Source: Octopus sinensis
Lineage: Eukaryota
Assembly: GCF_006345805.1 (NCBI RefSeq)
Contig: NC_043014.1
Span: 20,212,001 to 20,276,000, forward strand
Reading direction: 5' to 3'
Length of the DNA: 64,000 nucleotides
The notes under the pieces are model-generated. The model was not told where the DNA came from, ran no database searches, and saw only the letters and a program-made list of their open reading frames with translations. Position 1 is the stretch's first letter; every line of letters begins with the position of its first letter. Shown here in pieces: positions 29,105 through 42,185 of this stretch. The position numbers and the translations under genes are program-made.

Positions 29105-29575
29105 GTTGGTTTCACATTTTGGCACAATGCCAGCAAGTTTGATGGAGAGGTAAGCCGATTACATCGATCCCAGTATTCAACTGGTACTTGTTTTAGCGAT
29201 CTCAAAGGATGAATGACAACGTCGAGCTCGTTGGAGTTTCAACTCATAACGTAAAGACGGATGAAATGTCACTAAGAGCTTTGACTGGTGTGATAACGAT
29301 TTTGCCAGTTCACCGCCTTACAATGATAGTAATATTAGATACGGCGAGCGAACGAGGGCGGCGATCTGGCAGAATTGTTAGCACGTTGGGCAAAATGCTT
29401 AGCAGCATTTCATCTGTCTTTATGTTCTGAGTTCAATCTCCACCGAGGTTGATTTCACATTTCATTCTATCGGGGTCGATAAAATAAGTACTAGTTGATC
29501 ACTGCGATCGATGTAATCGACTTGGCCCCTTCCCTCAAAACTGTTGGCCTTGTACCGAAATTTAAATCACTATTA
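29105..29575. mobile_element. Divergent (head-to-head) pair of family B SINEs (minus 29105-29325; plus 29355-29575)
   Basis: Both halves match family B in opposite orientations. Confidence 0.75.
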
Positions 29576-29655
29576 GTAATGATGTTGTTATTGCTGTTGT
29601 TGTTTGTAGTGGTTGCTTAGTGTTGCTAATAGCGCTAAGGTTTTGGCAAGAATGA

Positions 29656-29716
<61 letters not shown>

Positions 29717-30499
29717 GGTGGTGAGGGATGGTAATAGTTTGGTGTTGCCAGTCTTTCTCTTAATGTGTTAGAGTCGCTGTTGCTATTTTGCCCAGATGAA
29801 CCCTGATTAAGCAGAACTATCATCAAAAGCATTGCAACTATGACAATCCAATCCTTTACCTATGCGCCGGAAACCAGACTGTAGAGCATTATTTAAAGGG
29901 ATTTGGTTGTTATTTCTCGTAGGCCTAGTTCCTGTGTCGACGCTTCCTCTTTTGTTGGTGAGAGTCCTTCCTGGCAGGATTTATATTATGGACCTTCATT
30001 TTGTAAATCGCCATGGAATCCGGACATTTCGTGAATACTTAATGTTTCCCTCCTTTAAAATAATTCAACAAATACAGATTTTTCTTATTTTTCTTAATAA
30101 ATCAAAAAGGTATTAATATTTTCAGTTGCGCCGCGATTTGAAAAAAGCAAAGCTTCTTTTGAGAAGTAAACTATACACTTTTAAAATCGTTTTTTTTACT
30201 CTTTAACTATTGACATTTAATGAATTATGTGCTTTACTTTGGTAATAAAATATTGTCGCTAGCTAAGATAAAGCGGCATTCGCCTATTGTAAATTTTTAG
30301 CAAATCTTATCTACAAGATTGTTAACATTATGAAAACTGTTGCAAATATACGCGGAAACTCAAATCTAATTTCAAACAAATTTACGACGTTTATCGCCAA
30401 AAATTACAAAAGTGGAAATGCTAAAATTAAATATAAGGTACAAACATGTCATTGCAATATTAGATCGGCGGACGTTTACATTTAAAGCAAAGGAATATA

Positions 30500-30739
30500 C
30501 TTGTCTTATTTCTTCATTGCCCACAAGGGACTAAACATAGAGGGGACAAACAAATACAGACAAACAGATTAAGTCAATTACATCGACCCCAGTGCGTCAC
30601 TGGTACTTAATTTGTCGACCCCGAAAGGCTGAAAGTTTAAGTCGACCTCGGCGGAATTTGAACTCAGAACGCAGCGGCGGACGAAATACCACAAAGAATT
30701 TCGCCCGGCTTGCTAACGTTTCTGCCAGCTCGCCGCCTT
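30500..30739 (-). mobile_element. SINE family B inserted near the hAT remnant
   Basis: Near-consensus match. Confidence 0.88.
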
Positions 30740-30779
30740 CAAAGGAATATACTTGTCTTATTTAACTTAGATCGAATAA

Positions 30780-32260
30780 AATGCTATTGATTAAATGCTT
30801 GTTGTTGTTCTAGTGCTGCATGATGATTTAGTGGACGACTTAGAAGTGTAAAAGAAACCAGTTTCTTAATTGAGAGCTCAACTGATATAAACAATACAAA
30901 ACTAATGAGATTTTGTGAGTAATTTTCCTATAAACATCAAAGAGTTCCAACAGGCTTTTTAGGGATTATTCTTGTAGCAACAACTGGTGAAAATCACTAT
31001 GATGCAGTTGATATTTTGTTGAACAATGAACAACAATATAAATTATTGTATTGGACTGGAGAGATGGAGCAACTTATGTTACTAGGAAACGCAATCCAGT
31101 GTTTTTGACATCCAGAAATATAAACCCAAATGTTACGCAGTTTGACTTGATGCTGCTAAAGAACGTTCGTCTGTTTGTCTTCTAAAACTTTACTAATATC
31201 AGAAATAGCAAAATGGTTTAGCGTTAGCGGCTTTGGTCGAGATGATTGCATGAAATTTTATTCAATAATGACAAATACCTGTCAGCACAAACACGATTCG
31301 TTGGTTAACTGATGGGAAAGGTAAACAGGTAATCTCCCAGCAATGAGAGGATTTCTACGCACAATTTATGTTCGAATATTGAAACAGCAAAGAATATTAC
31401 GCAGTGTGCTTGAAATTCTAGGCTTCATAAGAAAACTAATGAATTTAATCTTCATTTTACATCTATTTACTTTAAATTTGAGTCTGTAAATGAAGCGTTT
31501 GAAGTTTCCAAATCCAATCCTAGGTCCATATTTCAAAACCTTGAGAATCTTTGACATTTTATAGTACTCATACATAAACCTTATAATGATTTTCGAGCAG
31601 GAAAATGTAATAAGATTTATAGCTTGGATATAGCTTCGCAGAAGTTTTTATCAGGGAAATGAGTTGACTTTATTTGATGTTCTTATATGAGAAAAATATG
31701 GTTTTGTGTTTTATTGGATCATTACATTAAATCAGGGACCTAAGCAATGCAAATCTCTCAGGGATGAATCCTTTTCGCTCAGAACATGTGCTTTAGGTAA
31801 AACAATTCCAGGAAAAGTTGTAATTTCCTTCAATATCTCTTTCCCGTGTCACATAATGAATTAATAATGTCGGAATATTTCAACCTTGTCAACATGTTTT
31901 CCGGAAAAGCAGATCTTTAAAAATAATTTGCAGCTTTTGTGAATGCTTCTTCAGATTTGTCCCATGTTTAGCACACATTTCCAATGAGGTATGTTAATTT
32001 TATATTTTGGGCTATGATTTCATAAGTTCGCAAATTTGCATCAAGAAACACGGGAAGACAATGTTCAGTTTAACATGGATACTTTGGAAGTGTATGCAAT
32101 TCTCCAAACAAAATTTGGGTGAAACTACATGAAAATAGTGCCAACATGACGGGAAAGTTTAATAGCACCCAATCGAAAATGTTATACACAGTTGTACTAT
32201 CACAATGTCTATAGGCTTGGTAGGAAAAGCCGTATCAGCAGCCATAAGAAATTTTGAAAG
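30780..32260 (+). pseudogene. Highly decayed hAT transposase remnant
   Basis: LIESSTDINNTKL resembles DESTD..NTAQL; ILVATTGE..YDAV; DGATYVTRKR resembles DGA..M.GKR. Many stops and frameshifts. Confidence 0.55.
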
Positions 32261-32959
32261 AATTTGAGAGATTTTAATTCCATTTGTAAGCAATGGGAAT
32301 TTCTTTTAGAAAATAAATTGTCTCGTGTATTCTGTCTTGCTTTTTGTTTTTCGTTACATGAGACGTCGAAAACTAGATTCAAAATGTCAATGTTTTGTTT
32401 GTTTTACGGCCGGATGATTTCTGGTATAATGCGTTGGCTCAAAAACCAGATTGAAAGTATCAAACATCAGATTTATTTAGTATTATAAAATGATTCAGGG
32501 CTTAATAACTAAGTTAGAAACTGAAGTGAGTATGATATTAGCATATATGGCTAAAATGCTTTGGTTGTTTTGATTCCGGCTCATGGTTGGTATAAGGTTT
32601 TGGCTTCAGTAAATATTTACATTAATATCATTGAAACCAGAGGCGTTATATTTGTGGAAGTAATTTGACATAGAAACTCTCCGTCGAAATTTAAAGTGAT
32701 GACGAAACAACTACGAAATTATCTGACATAAAGCGAATGAGGATACGTCTGATTCTTGATATGGAAGCCAAACTATACCTTTCCATTAAGGGTGGTGTAT
32801 TTGAAGAAGATGAGTGAAGAATGACAAACGAACTACGACAAATTTCGCGGAAATGCTCAGCATACATAACTCACTAGAAGTGGTCTCTTCCTGCATGGGA
32901 TTATGTTTCATTTATGTGTTTGTTCATTGATAATATTATTGTATTATTGATTACATTTA

Positions 32960-33069
32960 TTGTGAGTGGATTTGGAAGACGGAAACTGAAAGAAACACAT
33001 CACGTGTGTGTGTTTGTGTATGTGTGTGAGAGAGGGTTTGCGTGTATATGCATGTGTGTGTGTGTGTGT

Positions 33070-33105
<36 letters not shown>

Positions 33106-33843
33106 GTCTGTGTTTGTCCCTAACCAATGCTTCACAGCCGATGTTGGTATGTTTATGCCCCCGTAACATAAGCGGTTCGGCAAAAAAGACAGAATAATTT
33201 CTAATCTTAGAAGGACAATAATATCTAGGATCGGTTAGTACGACTAAACAAATAGAAGAGATAAAAGAAATATAAGAGTATTTCTGTATTTGCCATGATG
33301 AATACAGCGTGCACGGCCTTCAGTAGCGTTCGATTTTATTTCTCAGCGATTTCAGTGCGTATTGACGGAATTGTTCTTTCCGGTGACGCACTGAAGCACT
33401 GATGCTACTCAAAAATTGAGTTGTATAACTATATTTGTATTACCTAGAGATATAGGCGTAGGAGTGGCTGTGTGGTAAGTAGCTTGCTTACGAATCTCAT
33501 GGTTCCGGGTTCAGTCCCACTGCGTGGAACCTTGGACAAGTATCTTCCACTATAGCCTCGGGCCAACCAAAGCCTAAAAAGCTAAAAGCTCGTCGTATAT
33601 ATGTATATATATGTATGTGTGTGTCTATGTTTGTGTGTCTGTGTTTGTCCCACCCACATCGCTTGACAAGCGATGTTGGTGTGTTTACGTCCCCGTAACT
33701 TAGCGGTTAGGCAAAACAGACCGATAGAATAAGTACTAGGTTTACAAAGAATAAGTTCTGAGGTCGATTTGCTCGACTAAAGACGATGCTCCAGCATGGC
33801 CACAGTCAAATGACTGAAACAAATAGTAGAGAGTAAAGAGAGA
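32960..33843 (+). mobile_element. Two SINE family A copies (5'-truncated 32960-33250; full 33455-33843)
   Basis: Match to the family A consensus seen elsewhere in the window. Confidence 0.85.
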
Positions 33844-34473
33844 AATATGGGCATTCTTCTTTCATAATTACATCATTTGGTTACCTGTAAACAACAGAGC
33901 TTTTGTTTCCCAATTACGACATATAACAAATGAATAAAAAATATTCGCCAGTATGTTATATCGATTTGGTGCAGAAGCTGAGTTGTAAAGAAGAAGAGGA
34001 ATCGCTACAGTGATAAGGTTTCCTGCTCTAATAGAGATGAAACAATGACTCCAAATTCAGTTAATGTGGAAACGCATCCGTTCATCTGTATATATAAAGT
34101 TGTACAAACAATTACATACTCACAAACACGAAATAATGTGCATCTGTGTGTTTGTGTGCGTGTGCTTGTTTGAGTGTGTGTGTGAGTGAGTGCGTGTGCA
34201 TGCGTGTGTGTCTGTGTGTGAATAGCTAAATAGACAATTTGAGGGATAGTTCAATATCAAGGAACAAAGGTATATATGAGCATAAACATACATAGACGAA
34301 TTTACATGTATTCATATATATATATGTGTGTGTCTGTATGTGTGTGTGTGTATGTGTGTGTGCCTGTGTGTGTGAGTGCATGTGTGTATGTCTGTATGAG
34401 TGCGTATGTGTTTGCGTGTGTTAGTGTGTGTGAGTATGTGTGTGTGTGTGTATATATAAATATATATCAGCGC

Positions 34474-34499
<26 letters not shown>

Positions 34500-34505
<6 letters not shown>

Positions 34506-34830
34506 TACATTAAGAAAAGGAGCCAAACTAAGGTGTTATTCAAATAATTTATGCTTCCAGCATGTTTCGAAAAAGCATTGAGATTATTCCGGAGGAAAAA
34601 ATGTCAATGCTTTTTTCGAAACACATGTTGGAATTATAAATGATTTGACAAACACCTGCAGTTGACTCCATTTCTTAATTTATCCATGTTATGCAAAACA
34701 AGTCTCTTAATCCAGGAATTTCTACCTTTATAAGTAAGCCCTAATATCTTTGGGACTTACGTGAATTTTTCCTTCCATGGTAACAATTTATCTATTTTTC
34801 CCTTGTTACTCGTACACTTTGAAAAAAAAA
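34500..34830. mobile_element. Older, diverged fold-back element of the same family as 56609-56930
   Basis: Imperfect inverted arms around 34500-34690. Shares catgtttcgaaaa, cacctgc..actccattt and tttctacctttataa with the 56.6 kb copy. Bounded by (TA)n. Confidence 0.6.
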
Positions 34831-35206
34831 AAATAAAATAAAATATATATATATATATATAATATAATATAATATAATATAATATAATATATATATAATG
34901 TATTATATATATATATATATATTATATATATATATATATATATAGATAGATAGATATAGATATAGATATATACATGTATATATATGCGTATATGTGTGTA
35001 TGCATGTGTATGTTACATATTTGTTATATCATGCTTTGATACTGTGTGGACTAAGGACCCCAATGACAGGCCGTTGGTATTTAAGGAGTGTGAAACACTT
35101 TCGGTATGCAAATTAGGAACTCCTTAACAGACTAACTGCTACATTTGTTGAATATATAAAGAGTTTGGCTCCTTGTTTTTCTGGACACTGTTAGTATGAT
35201 GTGGAC

Positions 35207-35249
35207 GCCTCTGATGAAAACCCCAAAAGGTTCGAAAATTGATTAAGGT
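35207..35249 (+). ncRNA. Near-intact type I hammerhead ribozyme candidate
   Basis: gcct-CTGATGA-a-AACC-ccaaaa-GGTT-c-GAAA-at-tg-atTA^aggt. A-C at the stem II closing pair, 4-bp stem I. Confidence 0.5.
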
Positions 35250-35348
35250 TGATTATCATTGTTTTTTTTTTCAGTCTGCGCAGAAATGGCTAAAATTTGC
35301 CTTGTTTATAATTATACAATACATTACATATATATATAGTTGTATATA

Positions 35349-35547
35349 CAGTAATCCCACGCTATAACGCGGTTTATTATTTAAGCTTACGTCGATTCTT
35401 CCGTGGTGTTGTTTTGCATTTATGATAAAATAAATATATACAAATTATTAAAATAAAAAAGTATACAGTATTGTTTCTACTTCCCATTTATCCATTAACG
35501 GCGGGGCGTTTTGGTACGTAACACACACGATAGTCGAAGGATTACTG
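35349..35547. mobile_element. Tc1/pogo (Tigger-like) MITE
   Basis: TA|CAGTAATCCCACGCTAT ... ATAGTCGAAGGATTACTG|TA. TIRs with TA target duplication. Confidence 0.75.
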
Positions 35548-35553
35548 TATATG

Positions 35554-35586
<33 letters not shown>

Positions 35587-35608
35587 AATAATGTATATAT
35601 TATATATA

Positions 35609-35712
<104 letters not shown>

Positions 35713-36267
35713 AATAATGGATATATATATATATAGTTGTACATATCATTGCATTCAATGATTCGGCAAGAATCAGGATCTTGGGGCTGCTACAGAATAA
35801 AAATAAGAAGAGAAAATAGAACATGCGGGATAGTTTATAAAATAGTGACTCAAAATGTTTTACGTAGACTTCATTAACAAAGAAAGATTCTTGGTTATAT
35901 AATGTAAATATTATTATTGAATTACATTGTCATGTCTCCAGAGACTTATATTCTTTATGTGTAACTTAGCGGCATGGGTATACCAATTTCATGATTGCAA
36001 TTTTTGTCACTAATCCAATATATGTTACGTGAAAGATGACATCACTGAAAAGATGATAGGAGATTTGGTTATGGGAATCGCATTACGAAAATCTTGCATT
36101 GACAATGAAACATACGTCAGATAGTGCTAAATAATTTAACGATCACATTTATATTTTATTTTATACATTATTTATGTATTAATATACATAAAGAAACATA
36201 TATCTATGTTAATGTATACTTATATATTTCTATAACTACATACATATAATTACATACATTTATATAT

Positions 36268-36298
<31 letters not shown>

Positions 36299-36545
36299 CT
36301 AAGCAATAAGGGTTTAGCAACGAATTGCCTTACCACATACCGAATTTAGAAATAGCAGTCAAGGGTTATAGCTATTTCTTCTACTAAAAAGGGAGATCTC
36401 AGTAAAAACAGCAATTGGAAGGCTGACACAAACAGGTAAGAGAGAATGAATTAACTGCAATCTATCATACCTAAACCCTTATTGCTTAGTATTACTTAAA
36501 TTTTCCTCGAATGAGGCTTTTACATGCCGAAGACTACTTGGTGTA
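36299..36545 (+). mobile_element. (TA)n-embedded element with a 19-nt inverted repeat followed by a decayed HHR-like motif
   Basis: ctaagcaataagggtttag (36299-36317) / ctaaacccttattgcttag (36471-36489), then ctcgaatga-GGC-ttttacat-GCC-gaagac. Confidence 0.5.
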
Positions 36546-36588
36546 ATTGATAATTATTCCAAATTAATTAATTTCACCCTTCATTATT

Positions 36589-36634
<46 letters not shown>

Positions 36635-36774
36635 ATATATATATATATATACACATCACAAACTCGTGATTTATATTCTTTATGTGACGTGATTTTACGC
36701 TTCCCACATATGAATTACACACATGTTTTTGGTCGCATTACCGAAGCATGCGTGATGTATGTGAGGTGTATTTA

Positions 36775-37063
36775 TGTATATATATAAAGCTGAGAAAGTG
36801 TGTCTGCTTTTTGCATATCTGACTGTCTGTCTGTGTCTGCATATGTGTATCACTAAAACTCGAGAACTACCCAACCGATTTCATTTAGATTTTACACATG
36901 CTTTACTTAAGGGCTATGTAGTGTCATGGGCCACTAATGCGAGCCCAAAGCAAGTTCTTATCTCTTATACTATTTCAGTATTACTTGTCAAAAGTGAAAC
37001 AATAACATCTCTAATATGAGATAATGCTTTCCGTTTAAAACTTTCACTATTAATACTGAAACT
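36775..37063 (+). mobile_element. Small Helitron/DINE-like non-autonomous element
   Basis: tatatataaagctga start, ctgtctgt microsatellite, aactcgagaactacccaaccgatttc core, ends CTAG|T. Confidence 0.45.
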
Positions 37064-37108
37064 AGTATCCCATTTACATATATACGTGCATACATAAATA
37101 CATACATA

Positions 37109-37185
<77 letters not shown>

Positions 37186-37627
37186 GCATATATATGTATA
37201 TATAGAGATGTGTATTTATAGATGTATATATATATATATAGATGTATATGTGTATATATATATATATGTATATATGTATATATATATATATATGTATATA
37301 TGTATATTTATATATATATATGTATATATATATATCTGTATGTATTTATATATATAAATAGATGTATATGTATAAATATATATATATGTATGTATGTATA
37401 TATACAAATATATATGTATATATACATATATATATGTATATATGCATATATATATATTGTGTATATATATGCATATATATACATGTATATATACATTCAT
37501 GCATATATACATGTATGTATATATGTATATATATACATGTATATAATGAACTGGAGTTGTAAGGTACCGCACGAGTGGAATTATATATGAATGAAGGTTT
37601 GAAATTGCAATTTTAAAAGATGTTTAT

Positions 37628-37673
37628 TTACTTGACCGGTTTCACTTCTTTAGAAAAAGATTGTCAAAAGTAA
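37628..37673 (-). ncRNA. Variant (U3-A8) minimal type I hammerhead ribozyme candidate
   Basis: Minus strand reads ttactt-TTGACAA-t-cttttt-cta-aagaag-t-GAAAC-cg-GTC^aagtaa. 6-bp stem I, palindromic stem III ACCGGT, GUC triplet, U-U at the base of stem II. Confidence 0.6.
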
Positions 37674-38744
37674 CACGTAAAAGCTTGTTTGTGTTAGGTA
37701 CTGGTTGTTACAATATATATATACATTCTTTGATAATAAGAACATGTTAAGAACAGTTTACAAGGGAAAATCTCGGGAAAATATAAAAAAGTTTCACAAG
37801 TTCATTAAAATATTGGGCACAAAAGATTACAATATATATATATACATTCTTAAGAAAATGTTAAAGACTGTTTCCAGAAAGAATTATTAAAAAGTTCTGG
37901 GGAATATTGGTATTGTACCTGTATATATATATATATACACAGAAAATTATAAGTTCAAAAAGGTTACATTTTAGTAGTAGGGTAGTTTTAACTGACCTGA
38001 TTCACCATACATATATATATGTATATATATTTCTATGTATGTATATATATATATATATATGTATAAATATATATCTATATATATATATGAATGTATGTGT
38101 GTGTGTTTGTGTGCGTGTGTTTGTGTGTCTGTGTAGCCCCCACCATCGCTTGACAACCGGTGTCATTCGGCTTGTTCTTATACCATATAGGCATATCTTT
38201 CTGCCCTTAAGTATAATTGTACCCTACACAGCTCTCTCTCTCTCTCTCCCTCTCGCTTACTCACTCTCTCTCTTACTCTCTCTCTCCCTATAACTATATC
38301 TGCGTATGAAGTAAAAGCACCATTAGTATAACAGAATCATTAACAGGCGGGATAACTCACCCTGAAGCCACCGGAAATTACACAAAGTATATACGCTAGT
38401 TTATGCATTTAATAAGATTTATTTATTATACAAGAGCTGCTTTTTCTTCATATATTAATTTTTTCTTAGGTATGCAATTTTAGGGGAATACCAGCTCATG
38501 ATTTTACAACTCAGGAGCATATAAGTTGTTGGACTGGCTAGATAACTCTCCTTCGACCTAGGCATCTGCAGTGATATAGAAAATCTGCAAAACTGGTGAA
38601 ACATCGATGTCCCTCATTCCCAAATGGGATTGAGGGTCAGTTATATCGTCAGTTCATGTTATATACTCCGCTCTACCATTGCAGCCACAGGAAAATACAC
38701 AAAGCATATATATTTCTATATGTATTTATTATTTGATGTATATA

Positions 38745-38830
38745 CAGGAATCTCTCGACTATCGAGGGTATTACGTTCCCAAACCCCACGCGATAAGTGA
38801 AAATCCTTGAATTAGAAACAGTACTGTACT
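38745..38830. mobile_element. One end of the same Tigger-like MITE family
   Basis: ta|caggaatctctcgactatcgagggtattacgttcccaaacccc is the reverse complement of the 35500-35547 end. Confidence 0.6.
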
Positions 38831-38874
38831 ATATATATATATATATAATTTGTATATATTTATTTTATTATAAA

Positions 38875-40487
38875 CTAGCAGAAATACCCGGCGTTGTCAG
38901 GGTTAAAGAAAATATTGAAATTTAAGTATGCCTTTTAGATCTCTAATTAAAATGAACCATGGATTATGCAGTTCTCAAAAGTAATTAGCTGAGGTACAAA
39001 CTGTTAATATCAGTAACGTGTTTTATCCGATGTTCTCAGTGTTAGAATTTTTAAAAAACAGCTAGTTCTTTGTCTTAGCAATCACCTTCAATTGTCAGTA
39101 CTTATTTGAAACACTTTGAACCTGAAGATGCATAAATTTGAGAAGAACCGGCGTGCAGGCGCTCCCCTCCTGTGAATAAGTACATTTAACAAAAATTCTA
39201 TCAGATGACGTCAGTATAAACAAATGTATTGAAACAAATCTGGAAATCAATCACAGTTTGATTATCTAGAGCTTCTAAATATACGATGTTTTGAGTTTGT
39301 CCTTTAATTGGTGTATACATGAAAATATTTTGGGGACTTCTTACTCGCGAACATCCTACATATAATTGCTCATGAGAGAAGCAAGGTGAAGCCCAACAAC
39401 CTTCAGAGACTGGGAATTGGAACAGTTTAAATTCAATAGGGAGGTCGTATGGGATTAACGGGATCCGTGGAATAAAGATATCCTCACCCTTATAGTTCCC
39501 AGTCATAACTGTTGCCTCTAGGACATGGGGTTGCATCGCTTTCACCGCCAGTCTGATGCCATTGCACAGGCGAGGCAGATCCAGATTCATTACCAGCATG
39601 ATTTCGGGCGCCCTTTTTAAGTGTTAAGTGGTGAGGTCACATTCAAGATGGCTGTTGAGAGTTCAGAAACTCAGTAGGAAAAATTGATCAATGACAGTTT
39701 CGAGGGATTTAAAAGAACTTTCTTGTCCGGGCAACAGCTACAAGAGATCTCAGTTGGTTTTGTTGATAGCACCATTATGTGGAGATAAGATGGTTCATTC
39801 ACAGAACCATTGGCTGCTTGTAAAGTTTTGTGCAATGTTTGGGTGCACATGCATTATGAGATCATTGGCTGTTGGCACCATCTCACCACAAGCTTTCTTC
39901 CCCACCCAGCACCGACTTTTGGATGATGATAACTTTCAGAAAAATGGATATTTTTTATTGAAATTTTTTACGAATATGTTATATCCTGTGGAATATACAA
40001 AATTTTGGGGGAGTATTTCGTCTTAACTTTCAGGAAAATGAATATTTCTTAATGAAATTGTTTACAAATATACCTCGGACTATGTAGATTCCAAGCATAT
40101 AGAATTTGGGAGAAAAACAATTGGGGGTTATTTTTGCGAACTGTTCCCCACTCGAGGGTGTTTCGGAACAAGTCATCTATATTTGCTTCAGTTTGTGCAT
40201 CCGTATATAACCCTTGACCTTAGTATGTAAAATTTCGGGATGAAATTGAAAAGTTAAGGAGGGGGTGTATCGAAAAGTCTACAAGTAGTGAGTTTTGCAT
40301 ATTCAGAATCTCCGTTGGAGGCAAGGTCGGAATCCGTAGGGAAAAAGGCACAAAGTGGTGACATGCTTATTCTGAGTGTCCTCACAAACACACACAGACA
40401 CACACACACACACACACACATGTATGTCTATGATGAAAATGTTCAAACGGGGAATTATTCCATTCAGTATCATATTTATTATAGAGA
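38875..40487 (-). mobile_element. Non-autonomous Helitron with canonical termini
   Basis: Minus strand: 5' A|TCTCTATAATAAATA at 40487; 3' GC-rich hairpin (ccctgacaacgccggg) followed by CTAG|T at 38878-38875. Contains a helicase fragment. Confidence 0.78.
39250..39599 (-). pseudogene. Helitron RepHel PIF1-like helicase C-terminal fragment
   Basis: NLDLPRLCNGIRL..LEATVMTG..GEDIFIPRIPLIP.DLPIEFKLFQFPV..PCFSHEQLYVGCSRV. The TINKSQG segment is missing. Confidence 0.9.
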
Positions 40488-41191
40488 TTATATAACAAAG
40501 TATACTTTACACTTCTGTATTAAACTGTGCGTGTATATATTCCTTATTTTTGCTTCTGGTTTCTTCTATCTTTCTATCCTGTGAATTTACTTAGCGGTGA
40601 AAAAAAATCGTATGGAAAAGGTAAGTCGTGTTAATAACGTGTATCTGTGTAGCCGACATTTAGCTGTTAATTTTAGCATGAGTTTTCTGGTGAGGGCTTC
40701 GTTTGCATTCATTCCCTGTTGCTTCAGTAGGAACCTACGGATGCACAAACGCACAAAATTGAGAATATGTAAGAAATATGGACGACTTCTTCCGAAACAC
40801 CCCCGAGTGAGGAACAGTTCCCAAAAATAAGCCCTAATTGTTTTCCCCAAAACTTCCTATATACTCTGAATCTGCATGGTCCGAGGTATATTTGTAGACA
40901 ATTTCATAAAAAATATCCATTTTTCCTGAAAGTTAAGTGAATTGAAATGGACTCTGAAAATCCTCTCCCACTCCACTTACAACACTTTCCCCAAAATTTT
41001 GTATATTCGGAATCTATATGATATAACACATATTCGTAGAAAATTTCATTAAAAAAAACATCCATTTTTTCTGAAAGTTATGATCATCCAAAATCGGGGA
41101 GTGGGTGCGGAAATCTGTAGTTATGCCCTGTTGAGAATTGATCAATTAAATGAAATCTCCGTATGAGACTTTTTTCTCTCTCACACGCAAC

Positions 41192-41199
<8 letters not shown>

Positions 41200-41233
<34 letters not shown>

Positions 41234-41745
41234 ACACACACATACACATACACATACACCCACACACACACACACTCCCAGAAACAGAAAGCCCGAGAAG
41301 AATATAAAAACTGAAAGCAACTTTAGACATTTTTTTAATCTGAAATCGTCACAAGTGTAACGATGTATACATGTGTGTGTGTGTAAATATCTGGTTACTT
41401 AGTTATTATGTTGACATTGACAAAAAGTTATGTGAAAGTGTTAATATGTAGATTCGCGCCAAGAATAATCACACACACACACACACACACATACACACAC
41501 ACACATACACATACACATACACCCACACACACACACACTCCCAGAACAGAAAGCCCGAGAAGAATATAAAAACTGAAAGCAACTTTAGACATTTTTTTAA
41601 TCTGAAATCGTCACAAGTGTAACGATGTATACATGTGTGTGTGTGTAAATATCTGGTTACTTAGTTATTATGTTGACATTGACAAAAAGTTATGTGAAAG
41701 TGTTAATATGTAGATTCGCGCCAAGAATAATCACACACACACACA
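41200..41745 (+). repeat. Tandem duplication with a period of about 262 bp
   Basis: tcccag..gaaagcccgagaag..tagattcgcgccaagaataatc occurs twice (41276 and 41539). Confidence 0.9.
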
Positions 41746-41762
41746 CACACACACAGACACAG

Positions 41763-41818
<56 letters not shown>

Positions 41819-42119
41819 AATTAAGGACTGAACACGAAAAAGTGGACAGTCGGATTCTTTCTTTAATATGCTAGACCACTGGTTCTAATTGATAAATATC
41901 AATTTTTACCCTAAATTTAATGTTATATAAATATTGTTCTCTAACCGATAAATTAACTGCTGCTAACTATTAGCTGCAGGCTAGTTTTCTCGGGTCTCAT
42001 CGCGCCAAAATTAGAGACATTTGAAATATATATTTCAAATGTAATAGGCCGTACTCCATGCACGCGATATTTCGGTATCGTGTTGGCATTTAGTACAGCA
42101 AATTACATTTTATATGGGA

Positions 42120-42185
42120 CCATGCTGATGATGACTGCACGTTTCCTTGCGCAAAATAACAGCCGAAACTGAATTTAGTACATGG
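42120..42185 (+). ncRNA. Type I hammerhead ribozyme, copy 1 (stem II carries an A-C mismatch)
   Basis: ccatg-CTGATGA-t-gactg...cagcc-GAAA-ctgaatttag-TA^catgg. Stem I ccatg/catgg, near-palindromic stem III actgaatttagt, GUA triplet, predicted cut after 42180. Confidence 0.8.
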
